A stretch of 64,000 nt of DNA from the human T2T-CHM13v2.0 reference genome, Homo sapiens, in assembly GCF_009914755.1 (NCBI RefSeq), contig NC_060931.1; one strand, given 5' to 3'. Position 1 is the stretch's first letter. Every line of letters starts with the position of its first letter. Position numbers and translations under genes: made by a program. The notes under the pieces are model-generated. The model saw only the letters and a list, made by a program, of their open reading frames with translations, did not search any database and was not told the origin of the DNA. This document shows, piece after piece, positions 1 through 13,885 of the stretch.

Positions 1-1311
1 AGTCCTTACTTCTTTCTTCATGTAGTTATCCTTGTGACAGTGCCTAGAGGGCTCCCATCTCCTTTCTTCTGATTCTGTTTTCCGGTTCCTCTTCTGCCCT
101 AATTTCCAGTGACCCAATTCCAAAATACTGCTCTCTAGTTGTCCAAACTGTTCCATCTTTAGTTTTATACTCTTTCAAGGATTCTACTTGAGATTCTCAT
201 TTCCTAAGGACTCTTGATATCATCTGAGTGTTTCTTGAAGGAAGATACTCTAAGAAATGAATGGCTGATTCTGTTAATTGGGGAACAGTTTCCTTTCCAA
301 AGAGAAGCATATTGAATCTCTAAATTGGTGGAATGCACCATAGGGGTCAGAAATTAAACAAAAATTTTCCAAACTTTTTGGCAAAGACGACAGTGGCTTT
401 TGAGTCCTTTAAGATTTAAGAGCTCTCATCTCTACTCTGTTAACTAGATGAGAGGGCAGATACCCTATGGATTGATTTTTCTCTCTAGCATAATGGGCCT
501 CTGTACTGAGGGCTCGAGAGCCTCTCCTGTTTAATGTGCTGCAATTGCCAATGCTCAAGTTACAGTTAAAGTAGTACAATTTGGGTAGCTCAGAATCATA
601 AAACAGTGAAAATAGGACTAGAGACAATATGTAGACACAACAGTCTTAAATACATGTCACAAATTCAGCAAGAGTGATACTAAAGGCTTAATTTTAGAAA
701 AATTTCTGAATTTCCTAGTCAAGAATTTACCCAATATGAATAAAATTGAGAGGAACCTAGAAAAATCAACATAATGTTTCAACTGTGTGTATGGATTGAG
801 ATAGTTTTTCCTCCAAAATAGTAGTTCTCTACAGCCACAAATAGGTCCTTCCTATGTAAATGAAACTCCTGCAGTGCTTGGGACTACCCAGTATTGGCTT
901 TGATGGGGTGTATGGGAATTTCAGAGGAATGCTTTTCCTTCTGGTGTCAGCTCTCTCATGCAATTTACATGTGATGCCACCAGGTGGTGATACAGAGGGA
1001 TAGCAAGACTGGACCGGAAGTAGACTGATCAGCATCCATCATAACGGCTTTTTGTTTAAGAGCTTTCTTTGGATTTAAATTAGTAAAATCTTGAATAAGT
1101 AAACACTGGAAGGAAAGCATTATTTAATGAAAGTGCCCAATAATGAGGAAGTCTGACATTTCCATTTTAACTCTTCCATTTAATGGTTGTAAATGTGTAT
1201 GACTATATCTGTTTCCCTATTTATGGGTAAAATGCTGGTACTGGATTATATAATCCTTGAAGTTCTTGTTTTGAAATGAACATGTATAATTGTAATTATT
1301 AAAGCAGTCTA

Positions 1312-1770
1312 TTAATGCTATTCACAATAGCAAAGACAGCGACTCAACCTAAATGCCCATTAATGGTAGACTGGATAAAGAAAATGTGGTATATGTATGC
1401 CATGGAATATGATGCAGCCATAAAAAAGAACGAGATCATGTCCTTTGCAGAAACATGGATGGAGCTGGAGGCCATTATCCTTAGCAAACTAACGCAGGAA
1501 TGGGAAACCAAATACCAGATGTTCTTACTTGTAAGTGGGAGCTAAATGATGAGAAGGCATAGACACATAGAGGGGAGCAATACACACTGGGCTCTGTTGA
1601 AGGGTGGAGGGTGGGAGTAGGGAGAGGATCAAGAAAAATAACTACTGGAAATTAGGCTTAATACCTGGGGGATAAAATAATCCATAAAACAAGCCCCCAT
1701 GTCACAAATTTATATAAGAAACCTGCACATGTACCCCTGAACTTAAAAATAAAAGTTAAATTTAAAAAAG
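1312..1770 (+). mobile_element. 5'-truncated older primate L1 (L1PA13-16-like): ORF2 C-terminus, 3'UTR and A-rich tail
   Basis: ORF 1315-1545 resembles the ORF2p C-terminus (FTIAKT...WIKKMW...MELEAIILSKL); 3'UTR ends aacctgcacatgtacccctgaacttaaaaataaaag. Confidence 0.9.
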
Positions 1771-2120
1771 TAAAATGAATTAAAAATGCCTCTGTGAACA
1801 AAGATGATGGTTTGCAAACTCCTCAGTGATATGAAGAAGCCTACTAGATATAATTGAGGTCTGTAAAAATCACCCTTTGTTTTCTCTTGTAAAATTAAAT
1901 ATAATTAAGACCAAAAAAAAAGCAGCCTACAGCAAAATTAGGACAAAGGAATAAAAAAAATCACACAAACATAAATCTATAGTTCATTAACAACTGTCTT
2001 ACTTCACTTTACAACCAGGCTAACGCCCATTTGTGTGTGTGTGTTTAGTGAGGGGAGAAGGAGAATGGGGAATGAAAAGTGGCTTCTCAGTTAGTCTTCC
2101 TTACCTGTTACCTGGCTTAG

Positions 2121-2351
<231 letters not shown>

Positions 2352-2659
2352 TAAGGCCTCACTTTCCTCCTAACTCTAGTTTTCTTTATGCTGTATCTAG
2401 AAGTCTTACTCAGATCTCCCAGGTATTTTTAAATCATAGTTTGTGGAATTTTTGACTCTAACTTGAATGTTTAATGCTGAGTGATTTTGTTAGTCTGCCT
2501 TTCACTATTTCTTTTCCTAAAAAAAGCCTGAACTCCCTCTGTTTAGATTATTTATATAAACACTTAGCAAAATTTTGTCAAGTAAATGTCTCTGTAGGCT
2601 TTAGAATCAACTCTATCTTATCAGAATTAGGTTAAGTCACAGTTGACTTAACCTAAGCT

Positions 2660-4040
2660 GGGGAACCCCTAGGGGTTCCCCAGAAACATTAGGGATCTGT
2701 AAGGTCAAAGCTATTTTCATAATAACACTAAAATGTTATCTGTCTTTTCTACTGTGTTGACATTTGCAATGATGATATTAAAGCAATCATGGGTAAAACT
2801 GCTGGTATTCTAACGTGATTTGAGGCAGTAGCACCAAACTGTACTAGTAGTGGCCCAAATTTCACTGCTACATGCACAGTTTTTAAAAAAATAACTCAGC
2901 TTCACTTAAGAATGTCCTTCATAAAGCAGAAAAAAAATTAGTTACATTAAATGTCTACTCTTGGGTATATGTCTTATTGTGTGACAAATGGGAACACGCA
3001 AAGCCTTCTGCTACCAACCAAGTAGTTGTCTTGAGGAAAAACATTTGTACAGTAATTTGAATTGTGAGCTAAACTAGCGGCCTTAAAAAAAAAGAAACAC
3101 TATTTTTTACATGAACAACTGACAAGCTAGGGTGATTCAGACTTCAGTATTTGGTAGACATTTTCTCAAAAATCAATGGTGTGAGTTTGTCACTTCAAGA
3201 ACACAACTGACAATATTTGTTGCTAATGATAAAGTTTGAGCTTTCAAGCAAAAATTAGAATTTTGGGCCATCCTGAGCTTGACAGTTTTATGTCACCTAA
3301 AGACTTCTGAAAAGATTGGCGATGAAGTTACTAAATTTGATTTTCAGATATAATATAATGTGTCAATATTTGGAAGGTCTGCATGATTTATTATTTTCCA
3401 GTTACATTTTCCAAGTAACCTATTCATGACATTATAAAATCATACATGAGTAAAAGATCGATTCAACGTTTAGGATAGACCAATGGATTTTAATGTAACA
3501 GAGTACAAAAAGTTCATTGATTGATATGGTTTCATATTCACATTGCCGCTAACCTTTAAGAAACTGCTATTTGTTGACTTTTGGTATAATAGTGAAGAAT
3601 ATCCACAATTACCTGAAGAGGCTGTTAAAATATTCCTCCTTTTTCAGATTACATATCTGTGTGAGGCCAGATTTTCTTCATATACTTTAACTAAAATAAC
3701 ATATCACAACAGATTGAATGCAGAAGCAGCTATAAGAAAGCATTTGACTTCTATTAAACCAGATGTTAAAAAGATATGTGAAAATGTAAAAGAATTACAC
3801 TCATCTTACTTTTTTTTTGGTCTTGGAAATTGTATGTTTTTTTCACAAAATGTTAATAAATAACATGTATGTTGTTATTTTAAAATAATTAAATACTTAA
3901 AGTTTTATCAGTTTTGATTTTTAACATGATTAATGTTAATAGATAACCTACATAAAAACATAAACTAAAGCTCTTTGAAGTCCTTGATAATTTTTAAGGG
4001 TATAACAGGGTACTGAGATAAAAATGTTTGAGAACTGCTC
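2660..4040 (+). mobile_element. Charlie1a-like hAT DNA transposon fossil
   Basis: Start aggtcaaagctattttcataataacactaa and end aaaatgtttgagaactgct match Charlie1 as recalled. ORF 3543-3863 (FW..EEYPQL...TYLCEARFS...KITYHNRLN) is a degenerate hAT C-terminal dimerisation domain. Confidence 0.85.
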
Positions 4041-4965
4041 TTCTGTGGTATTAGTAGAACAGTCCTGAGCATCGTCCTACTATAAGGTGGATTTTATTTA
4101 AAATTTTGTTTTCATAGTGTACTGATGGCTGTAAAAATTTAGAAAATAACCCTCCTTTCACTGGCCAACTCCCTCCTGAGATGTCTATCACCCTCTTTTT
4201 TTTTGACTGAGCTATAGCTGTAAAAGTGGGCTCACGGTGGTCGTCTGTATCATCCCTTGGCCTCCCATCCAAGTGGAAAGAGGCAGCTGCATTTTATGAG
4301 ACACTAAGCAGGTGAAATGGGGCTGTGAAAGATCAAATTTCTTACACGTATCTGTGGCAGATGAAAAGTTCAATATATGATAGTGAAGAGCTGACAAGAG
4401 CAATTGTTTTCAGGCAGGAAAAGAAAACTTATTTCTGGGTATTTTTTCAATAAGTCTGGCAACAGCTGGGCAGTGATTTAAACCTCCTAGGATTCTGACT
4501 TTAAGCTTAAAAATACATTTGCATATGCCAGCATTAGGAATGGAATCCCAAACGGCTGCCAACTTAGACAACCGAAAGGAAATAGAGATCTATATTGTTC
4601 AAAAGCTAAGCTTTGGGAGGTGCTGTTACTCTGCAGCTGTGTAAACAGAACTAAACCCTTTGCATCTCCTCTGCTAGACACTTTGTTCTAAATAGGACCA
4701 AACTATACCATGATGATATGTGCAGAAATAAAATGAAGGTGATAGAGCTCATTGTTGGGTTCGAGAAAAGCTGGACATTTTCCTTTCTCTATGGATATAT
4801 GCAGACATAAGAAATGTAAAGGAGATGTAGGGGAACCTGGCAAGGCAAGAGAAGATGTGAAATTGATTTTAGTTTTATTTCCTCCCTCCTCAGTATCCAC
4901 ATTTCTTTCTCTCATGTTTTCCTGCCTCCCTCCTCTCCCCATTTTTTCCTCTATTGAAACTGAGG

Positions 4966-5322
<357 letters not shown>

Positions 5323-8300
5323 CTAACTAGAGAAGAAACCATGTCTTCATATACCAACCCATCCTCTGGGGGAAGTGGGTAAGGTGCAGGGGATGCCTGC
5401 TGGGGACAGCTTGATATGTAATTCTTATGTTCAGAAGAAAAAATTGAGAAGTTTTCTTTTTTTTTACTGTTGAGTTAAATGACTACACTTAATTTTTTAA
5501 AAAGTTTTTTTTTTTTTGAGTCGCATCCCTTTTCCCACATGCCTTCCATTTTATAACCCATTTAGATAGAGAAGCTCCTACTACTTGCTCTGAAGTGTTT
5601 TAGAATGGCTAGGAACACAGATTGGATTTCCTTACTTTAAATGTATTGCTATTAAATCAGTAATGTCCCATGTCTTTCATGTAATTCTCACAGTAACACT
5701 TTTTAAATGATTGCAGTGAACTTTGAGTGATGACATGGTTATTGAATTAGGGTGCAATTGGTGATGTGGGCAAGAGTGGGCAGGGTAAACTAATGGTAAT
5801 AATGATAGAAAAGGAAGAGGAGGAGGAGGAGAAGGAGAAACAACTTTTCTTGGGTATTTAGTATTTGCCAGGCATAATGTTTAGCTCTTTACTTATATTG
5901 ACTCATTTGTTTGGATCAAAAGAATGACAGCTTACTAGATCAGAGATGTGCTGAAGCCAAAGTGATCAAAACTGAGACATTTGGGAGGATAAGTGGAGAT
6001 GAGCTGTAGTGACAACACTAAGCAGAGGATAAAGGGTAAATCAAAGAACAAAAGGAAAATCAGTAGTAGAGAGCTGAAATTTGAAAAAATGTAGCAGGCT
6101 CTAGGGATTTGTGTATGGAGTCTAGGGTAAATGTAGTAGCTGATTTGAACTTTGAGACATCTGTTTTGGGGTGAGTATAACTTGGCTTGACAAAGAAAGA
6201 CAAGGGGTGAAATGGGGATTGTGTTCAGTGATAGTAAAGCTGGAGGGTTTGCAGGAGAACAAGGGCTATGATGTGGGGGTGGAGGGAGATAAGATGTGTG
6301 AATTTGGCAATGAAGCTGGGTGACAGTGAGTGAGGAAGGGGAGATGCCACTGATGGAAAAAGAGTTCTGAATATGGGACTCTGCTCCGAGGATGCTGAGC
6401 AGGAGGTGCAAAAGTGCAACTGATTGCAGTGGATGGGGCTGGGGAGAGACTGAGCTGTGATTGCTCCTAAATCTGGGTAGAGTGAAGCCGAGAGTTGGCT
6501 GGTGTGTGGTGGAACATGTAGATGATCAGACAGGGAGGAGCCCTATACCCAGAGGTGGGTTTGATTTACCCACTTGATCCCTTGCCATTTGTAAATGAGA
6601 GAGCAGTTTTTTATGTGTATGAAGTAACTGAGCAATAATTAGCAGCAGGTAGCTTTGACTCTTATTTTCTTAGACTGAGAGCATCAGAATTGCCTTAGCA
6701 ATAACCTGCATTAGCCACAGGAATCTCTATAACTCATGTCCCTCATGTTTTGCTCCTCGATTTGCTTTCTTTGATGTGCAGGGAGATTTAGTGGGTCAGA
6801 CTAGCAAGCCCCCCAGGAAATCCTACGGAGTTCACTGCTGACACTGCATTTAATGCTACTATTTAAGCCATTTTACTATGTGTAAAGTCTCGTTCATTCA
6901 CTATAATGTATACTTTCCAAACCCTTTATGAGGCATTCTCTTGAGGTTCCTTATTCTCCTAGAGGTTGATGCTAAGCATCTGCTTTGGAATGGATCAAAA
7001 AATCAATAAATGGAAAGCCCTTTACAGTTGTGTCTTCTAACATTGTAACCTACTGCATTTAAAGACATATTATTTGGATCATCACTACCTAATATAATCT
7101 TTTTTTAAGTTCCCTCAATGTTTTTATTGTTTATTTTTAAAATATTGACTCTCCGGCTGGGAATTCCAACTTAAATGATCAACTTTGTAAGACATATTTA
7201 TTATTTGCAAGAAAGCCTTTGCACTTTGAAGAAATTTTCTGAGAATACATTTTACTTCCCTTTTGTGATTGAAATTCTTTGCAAGAAAATCATAACAAAT
7301 ACAAGACTTTCTTATATTATGGTTTCCTCCTTAATAACCATAAATATTGCTGAAGTTGCACGAGACAGTTTTGATGATTTGGAAAAAGGTAAATAAATGT
7401 TGGGGAAAGGTCAAGTAAAAGCTGGGGAAATGTGGAGGAGGGGAAAACTCACATTTTCTAAGAAGATTCTCCTGGCTGCTTTCAGCTTAGAATGAAACAG
7501 CTATTGCTTTAACAGTGATTTTTCTGATCATACATTTCATTTTTGACTGTCAAAAAATTTCCAGCACACTAGTTAGATGGACCCTCATTGGTCAAGGGCA
7601 TTTATAACTTCTCAGATGACTTCTGGAATTCCTGCCAGGAATTTTACCCATTGGTGTTGAAAATTATTGGCAACCTGTATTTCAGTGATAAACTTCACTT
7701 TTGTGAAGTTCTGCGACTTCTCTTGGAAAGAAAAAGATCAGAAGATCTAACTTCATAGGTCTGTGTCCTTCCGTGTGGACCCTCAGTCGGACCTGGTGGA
7801 TCTACCTCCTGAGGACAGGGCATTTCCTCTCTGGCTGGCCCTCAGTCACGGCTCTGCTTGCTCAATTACTCCCTTGGCTCTGTTAAGACTTTGAATTGCA
7901 TCTCCTGTTTCAACAGCCCTTTGTAGGGGGATGACTCCAAACTCTATTCCTCAACTTCAGTCCCCCATCCCACTTCTCCCCCCATCTGTAGTGTTGTATT
8001 TGTGCATTCTGCCCAGAAGTCCCACTGATACCCAAATTATGACATACATGCTGCAAGGAGTTTTTTCACCATTTTCCTCTTTGCCTTTTCTTCCTAATTT
8101 CACTGCCATCCCCTTTGCTTTCTCAAAGTCAAATTGTTACTGGACCTTCCTTTTTTGCTTCCATATTTAAAGGCTACTAAGAGTTCCTTGGTCCCTCTTG
8201 GCTGTGCTCTCGCTAATGCACATTCTCTACTTCTGTCTCCACATTCGCCTACCATTCCCGTACAGGTACAGTTGAATCAGAGAGAAGTTGGCATTAGTTT

Positions 8301-8519
8301 CCCAGCAGCTTGCCTTATTTCTAGTTTTTGCTCCAGTCTGTTATACAGGCAGGGACAAGAATAGGCTTAAGCAAATTCCATTTTTATTTTGTCACTTTTC
8401 TTTTCAAAAATCTGCTATGATTTCCCATCACCCATTACACCAAATAGAACTCAATTTTCTGTTTTGTCCAGGCTTTCCAGGTTGCCTCAACATATCCATT
8501 CTTGTCAATTAAACTTTGT

Positions 8520-8680
8520 TTTCTTTTTTCTTTTTTAAAACAGTCTCACTCTGCCACCCAGGCTAGAGTGCAGTGCATGATTATAACTCATTGTAACCGT
8601 GAATTCTTGGCGTCAAGCTGTCCTCCCGCCTCAGCCTCCCAAAGCACTGGGGTTACAGGTATGAACCACCACACCTGGCC
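8520..8680 (-). mobile_element. Alu monomer (FAM/FRAM-like)
   Basis: Single ~160-bp monomer: cagtctcactctgccacccaggctagagtgcag...accacacctggcc. Confidence 0.8.
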
Positions 8681-8924
8681 TCAACTTTCTGTTTCTTGAG
8701 TTGAATTTATCCACATCTCTTGCACTCAATCTGTCAGTTCCCTCTTTGACAGGTCTTCACACATCCAAATATGCCCTTCTCTTGCTAGTTTCTGACCTCA
8801 TTCAATACCCAGTCCCAATTTTACCTATTCCTCAATGCTTCCCCTGGCATACTCCACCAAACCTTGGTTAGCATTTTGCTCTGCATTCCTCTGAACTTGT
8901 ACACTGGGTATCACAAAGTTGTAG

Positions 8925-9270
8925 TAGGTCAGAGCACGGACAAGCTTGAATTTAGGTTCTGCCATCTATTGGGTAGGCAGTCTCAGTTCTTGCTGAACCT
9001 CCTTTGTCTTAATTATGAAAAGGAATTAATAATAAGAATGGTGTACTTGGATTGATATGATTACATGTGATAATGAATGTCAAAGGCCTGGCACTGAGTG
9101 ATCAATAAGCCAAGATCTCAGAGAACATCTCCATCCACACTGCATGTCCACAAATTTGAGCTATACGCTCTTTGAAGGAGAGAATCTGGTTTTGCTTATC
9201 TTTGTATCCCTATTCATTATAAAGTGCCTAGCACAGATTAAATACAGCAAATATTTGTTGAAAAATGAAG
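8925..9270 (+). mobile_element. MIR fragment followed by an L2 3' end
   Basis: MIR-like ttgctgaacctcctttgtc...atgaaaagg; L2-like gtgcctagcacag...aatatttgttgaa. Boundaries approximate. Confidence 0.5.
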
Positions 9271-10593
9271 AAACAGTGTGATCATGAGTGGCACAGATTG
9301 GTTATTGCAATCATTCTGATTATTTCACAAATCTCCGCTGTCACACTGTGAGCAGAAATGTGTATAGTAGAAAAACAGTGTATTTCCCAACTTGTGTATT
9401 TGTCTGAAAGTGTGTCCCAGAGTGACTGTAGATTCATGATTACCGTCTGGGGACAACGACAAAAAAGTTGAGAATTTTTCATTGTTCTGTATTCTTTGGT
9501 ATTTTTTTCCTTCCATTGCTCTGTCATCTACTTCAAGATACATTATATATTTATCCTAGTTGCATACAAATAGTATGTGAATGAATACTCATGACATTTA
9601 CGGTTAGTCAATTTTTCCCCATTATTTTAGAAATTTGGGCGAGGGCAGCTCTTCATTTCTCAAGGTTTCCATTTTGTTAGTTTTCATTTGGGAGCACAAA
9701 AGACTCAAATATATAATCATTGGTAATTAGTAAGAGTCTTCTTCAAACTGATTTTATTTAAAAATGTTACTGGCACCATCACTACCAGCATCGTCATCAT
9801 GATTAACATTAAAATTAAATCTTGTTTGGATAAATTTTCCCAAGAACTTGCCATGGTGTTATCTCCCGTTTCATGTGCTCACAAACACCCTTTGCTTTGG
9901 AAAGTGAAGGTGCCAGAATAAGCAATATTACATTCAGAATGCAAATGAAAGCTTTATAGAAATAGGGTTGTGTTAGAGATGAAATTAACTGTGACACTTC
10001 AGGAGTTTTACCGAGAAAGAAGATTAACATGTTCGGTCTTCAGCGGCTGTCTTCCCTGATGCAAATAATGTTAGGCAAAATGAAATCTCCATGCATCCGA
10101 GCTCAGTGGAGGAATGTTTATTGAGTCCATAGAAATTTGAGCAGGGCATATCTCTAGGGGTTTATGACAGGCTGTTTTCTTTTCTCAGTGTGGGGATGAA
10201 TTGCTCCATTATCATCTAAATTGGAAGTCATGATGATGGTTCTTTTTTGATTCTCTTATTTATTTTTGTTTATTTGTTAAGAAACTTGTATAGAAAATGT
10301 GTTGCTTATCTGGAAGTTGCGATTCTTGCTTAGGCCACATAATAACCTTGTATTTCTTCAGATATTTATGTATATATACCTAAAAGGGAAATATTTTATA
10401 TCCTTAGACCAGATCTAACTTAATTTGTTTCTTTGATTCTTTCACATAGGCTAAATAATACAACCTCTTGTTGATCATCCAAAAGTCACATTGTTAAGTT
10501 GCATTTTCTTTAAAATGATTTTTGCAATGATATACAGAAAAGTTATTTATATATATGTTCACTTTTTTTTTCTCTTTCTCCAAGGAAACCAAC

Positions 10594-10701
10594 ATGTCTG
10601 ACAAAAGTGACTTAAAAGCTGAGCTAGAGCGCAAAAAGCAGCGCTTAGCACAGATAAGAGAAGAGAAGAAACGGAAGGAAGAGGAGAGGAAAAAGAAAGA
10701 G
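10594..10701 (+). CDS. DYNC1I1: DYNC1I1 first coding exon (exon 10585-10701; 9 nt 5'UTR plus codons 1-36)
   Basis: Encodes [36 protein letters not shown], the dynein intermediate chain N-terminal charged helix that binds p150Glued/NDE1. Acceptor tttttttttctctttctccaag|G at 10584/10585; start context aacATGt; donor GAG|gtaaat at 10701/10702 (phase 0). Confidence 0.97.
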
Positions 10702-12764
10702 GTAAATCCTGGGTGTTGGGGTGTTGTGGGGGAAAAAGGAAAATCACTTGATTCTGAGGGGCTGGTCAAATGGATAAATAGGACTCCCTAAAAGAATCCT
10801 TTTATGATATCTGAATAAAATGATTATCTTCCTATTCTGCATGGTAAAGTTGTTGCCCTCTGCTATGTGCTGGTCAGCCATCACCTAAATGGGGGATAAC
10901 ATTTGGTCCAGAGGCTCCAGAGGCCTGCAGACTCCAGGCTTATCACAGACTTGAAGAGAACTCTAAGGATGGTCTCTGATCTTGTTATTGTTAGAAACTT
11001 CTTAACCTTTCTGTGCCTCAGTTTCCTATTTTTAATATGAGAACAATAATGCATTTATTTTGTGGGGTTGCACTTAGCAGTATCTAGAATATAGTTAGTA
11101 TATTCTAACTATAAGTGTTAGTTTTAAGAAAAGGGTTTTTTGAAAAATCTACCAGCAGGAACATTTTAGGAGAAAATTAGAAAACTATGCCAATGGATTT
11201 CTATTGTTTCCAAAATGGTATATATATTTTTTATGGTAAATAAGCATCTTAGGTTTGGTAAGGGGGAGGCTGTTCTTCTCTTAGAGAGAAGGTAAATAGG
11301 ATAGTACAGTACAAAGAATTATTACATGTTAGATCTGGCTGAAATTTCAGAGACTTTCCACTGAGGCCTTTCTTTATGCCAACAAAGCAGCAGAGACCCA
11401 GAGGTGAAATGTAGCTTTTCTACTTTCTAGACCTAGAATCTTGGATTCTATAAGCCCAATCCAATGCCTTGTTGTCATATCATGTTTTCTTCCACTATGT
11501 GAATCAAACAAATAATTTATTTTTAATTCTCTAATTTGTCGTGGCAGTGTAGGAATAGCCCACATCTTATACAAAAACCAGATACCAAAGATATTTTTGA
11601 ATAGCTTTCTAAGAAGAAAACTTCGTGTGGTATGATATGCTTTTGTGTATAGAAACCAGAGCTGCTTCCCTATGCAGTTCTTCTGTAAGGAAAAAGAAAA
11701 CTTATTTTGATGCCTTACAATCTAAATAAGTGTTGTTTCATACTACAAGGCTGAGAGACCAAGGTAATAGATTTACAACAATTATTATTTTCCAACAAAA
11801 TAAAAGATGATTGCAGTTGCATTTTAGCCTTCTGGCATCTCTCATCTCTCCATACCATTACGTGTTGATTGATGTGATCATTTATTTGTCCTTGACATCA
11901 CACATAATGTTTTTTCCCTTTGAGATCTTTGCTGTTACATACTCAGTCTTTGAGTGAAGTAGAGGTGAGAATTGACAAGGAATGGCTATTCATTTCCATG
12001 CAAAGTCAAAAAAAGCATTAAGTTATTATATTTCCTTTCCCTCAAATGTCAACACTTACTGTAGTTTTAAAGCACCTGCTATCCTTTACTAATAACCAGT
12101 TTCCTTTTAAACTGACATTCTAATATCCAACTTGAATGTCATAAAATTACCACTAAATGTGATGTGATATGGGAAATTTGGTTCCAAATTATGCTGTCTG
12201 CTTCATCTTTTTCATTTTACACATTTTGGGGAAATTACAGGCAAACTAGACTGATGGAAGCAGTCTCCCCTTTTGATTCTACAACCAAGCACTTTTGCCT
12301 GGTGAGGATTTAGCTGGTTTCAAAGCAAGAAGAGCCCTGGGAGGTTGGAGGCTGCAGGTAGTGGAGGGTGTGGAACACCTGGACTCTAGACATTCCTGGT
12401 TGTTGCCTTGTTCTGGAATTGACATCATATGAAGTTCTAGTTTCCTCATTTCTAAACTGACTTGGTGATTGAAGCTTGTGATAACTGAACTGTGCTCTAC
12501 AGAGTCAGATGGCAATACAGAGTCCGAGTCTTCCATCCTCAAAGTTTCTGATTTGAGTGATCTGAAGCAGGGTCAGATTTTGGGATCCGTTGGACCACAT
12601 CATCTGTAGTGTCTCTCCTGGCTTGAAATCTTTTCCCTTCACACCCATCTCCCCTCAAAGAGGTCTTTCCTTGATTCTGTCCATGCACTCTCTGCAACTG
12701 TGCTGACTTGGTTTGTTCTGAGCAGCCAAGGCTGTAAGACAGAAGACATAAACACAGTGATTAT

Positions 12765-12920
12765 GCACAGGGGCTTTTGAGTTGAACATGGCTGGGAAAC
12801 CTGGATCTGCCCTTCACAGAATGGCCCTGAGTGGGTATGGGTCCTCTCTAAACCTGTTTCCTCTTCTGTAAAATGGAGAAAGGAATGATGTCTTCCTCAC
12901 AGATTCAAGAGGATAATAGA
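12765..12920 (+). mobile_element. MIR
   Basis: Core ctctctaaacctgtttcctcttctgtaaaatggag. Confidence 0.6.
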
Positions 12921-13539
12921 AGATCCCAGAGCAGTAAAAGACAGCTGTCATTCTGCTTCTGAGATCAGCTATCAGAGTAGATGAATGGGGCTTCATAGAA
13001 TGGTCACATACATTTTTAGGATCTCTGCTGGTGAGGCCATTTTATAAAAATGCCCCATTGTTGGAAGGGTCTTAAAATTCAAGGCCCCCAGTTTCATGGG
13101 GTTGGAGCATTTTGTGGCTGAAAGGAATCTGGAAGTCATCTATTCTGATCCTTTCTCACATGGGGAAGCTGGGCTTCAGAGGTCTAAGCCTTAGAGCCAG
13201 GCCCCCTTTATCTCCAATCACGTGAAGGAGTCTGGAGTTAAAAGGGGGCTACCTCTAAGGCTCATACAGCCAGTTTCCCAGATCAGAAACCTGAAGTCAC
13301 CCTTTCACCACCCCCTACCCCAATTCGCAGTGATCATCAGGTCTGGACAGGCATAGCAGGACTCTCTTTTTGCCTCCATTTTTTTTCTCCCTAAAATCCA
13401 CATTCCAGTCAGATGCAGCTGCTTACATATACCCTGATGGACTACATTCTTTCTTGTCAGAGAGCTTAAGATGTTCTCTTTCCTCTGCTTTCACTGATCT
13501 CCTACTTCTTCCTATCATCCTTTGCCTGGCTGTTAACTT

Positions 13540-13885
13540 TACCTGGCTGTCCTTCACCTGGCTGTTAACTGCATGTCTTTCCGTTCTCATCTCAAATGTC
13601 ACTTTCCCAGAAAGCTGCCTCTGATACCTTTACCCATAACTAGGTTAGTTCTGCATCCTATCTTGACATTATCAAACCGTTTAGTACAAGATGTTATATT
13701 TTCCCCTTCACTTGTCTTTTTCTCTTAAGAGATTGCAAGCTTTCAAGGTCAGGGCTATATGCTTTTGTTGTTGTTGTTGTTGTTTGTTTTTTAATCATTG
13801 AGTCAATGTCAAATATATTGGACATATGGTAGGCATTCAAAAAGGAGTTATAGAATGAATGAATGAGTGAATAAATGAACATATG
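13540..13885 (+). mobile_element. L2 3' end
   Basis: ctcaaatgtcactttcccagaaag...catatggtaggcattcaa followed by a (GAAT)n-type tail. Confidence 0.6.

Noticed and set aside
3543-3863. Domesticated hAT (Buster/ZBED-like) gene
   Set aside because: Only a C-terminal fragment within an internally deleted, stop-riddled Charlie1a fossil.
5935-6411. 158-aa minus-strand ORF
   Set aside because: No ATG start; composition reflects the reverse of a purine-rich, probably L2-derived tract; no recognisable domain or splice context.
10081-10140. Imperfect hairpin (gctcagtgga...tttattgagt)
   Set aside because: Short and dependent on G-U pairs; not distinguishable from background by eye.
10555-10791. 78-aa ORF as a stand-alone gene
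   Set aside because: It is the DYNC1I1 exon plus translated intron on both sides; splice sites at 10585 and 10701 explain it.
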